From NCBI RefSeq assembly GCF_020969955.1, contig NZ_JAHDSX010000049.1, forward strand, positions 1-16,483: a stretch of 16,483 bases of DNA. Reading direction: 5' to 3'. Positions within the stretch are counted from its first letter, which is position 1. Each line of letters starts with the position of its first letter. Below the pieces are notes generated by a model, which was given only the letters and a program-made list of their open reading frames with translations, had not been told where the DNA came from and ran no database searches. The stretch comes from Allobaculum fili. Its GTDB lineage: Bacteria; Bacillota_I; Bacilli_A; Erysipelotrichales; Erysipelotrichaceae. Made by a program: the position numbers and the translations under genes. Shown one piece after another: positions 16,329-16,483 of the stretch.

Positions 16329-16356
16329 AAAAGGGTCTCCAGCCAGAGGCCTTTTT
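16329..16356. terminator. Terminator-like hairpin with no gene to terminate (possible attenuator or sRNA 3' end)
   Basis: AAAAGGGTCTC (16329-16339) pairs with GAGGCCTTTTT (16346-16356), with two G-U pairs and loop CAGCCA. There is a T-run on the plus strand and an A-run upstream, so it could act in either direction. Confidence 0.5.
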
Positions 16357-16394
16357 ATGTAAGCGTCAAATAAAAGACGGGTATTTTCTCGACC

Positions 16395-16434
16395 GCCTCC
16401 TTGGGATAATTCCTTTATTCAAGGAGGCTTTTTC
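16395..16434 (+). promoter_or_regulatory. RBS-sequestering, terminator-like hairpin immediately upstream of the right-edge CDS
   Basis: GCCTCCTTG (16395-16403) is the perfect complement of CAAGGAGGC (16420-16428), which contains the AAGGAGG Shine-Dalgarno sequence. The loop is 16 nt, followed by TTTTT (16429-16433) and then ATG at 16435. Confidence 0.6.
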
Positions 16435-16483
16435 ATGGAATCAATCATCCCTGCAATCGATCTCGGTATCGATTTCTCCAAAG
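16435..16483 (+). CDS. 5' end of a CDS truncated by the window edge (product unknown)
   Basis: ATG sits 7 nt after AAGGAGG, and the frame is open to the window end (MESIIPAIDLGIDFSK). The IIPAIDL start is reminiscent of the first beta-strand of HisA-like (beta/alpha)8 barrels, but 16 residues are not enough to name it. Confidence 0.55.
   Translation, partial: MESIIPAIDLGIDFSK

Overview
This 16.5-kb window looks like ordinary core chromosome from a Gram-positive (Bacillota-like) bacterium. The taxon call is inferred from AGGAGG-type ribosome-binding sites, sigma-A-type promoters, hairpin plus U-tract terminators and gene content. I support 12 complete CDSs, 11 of them on the minus strand.

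In window order they are:
- a translationally coupled agaS-like SIS isomerase and a mannose-family PTS EIIA
- one plus-strand four-TM membrane protein of unknown function
- an aldose-1-epimerase-family protein
- a Cof-type HAD phosphatase
- a tightly packed malic enzyme, patatin-like lipase and rpoD (primary sigma) string
- peptidase T
- a CBS-domain family II pyrophosphatase
- a large secreted esterase with a discoidin domain
- Maf

There is also a stand-alone tRNA-Thr(GGU) with a near-consensus promoter and its own terminator, plus truncated CDSs at both window edges. Most transcription units end in clear intrinsic terminators.

I see no CRISPR array, transposase, integrase, phage genes, toxin-antitoxin pair or recognisable defence cassette. 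I did not find convincing evidence for a novel multi-gene system. The items most worth a second look are non-coding:
- a roughly 730-bp gene-free spacer upstream of the malic-enzyme operon
- a leader with two terminator-like hairpins, the second sequestering the RBS of the truncated right-edge gene
- a dense GATC/TCGATC cluster in a convergent spacer that needs no regulatory DNA

All product calls rest on motif recognition in the supplied translations. No database search was run.
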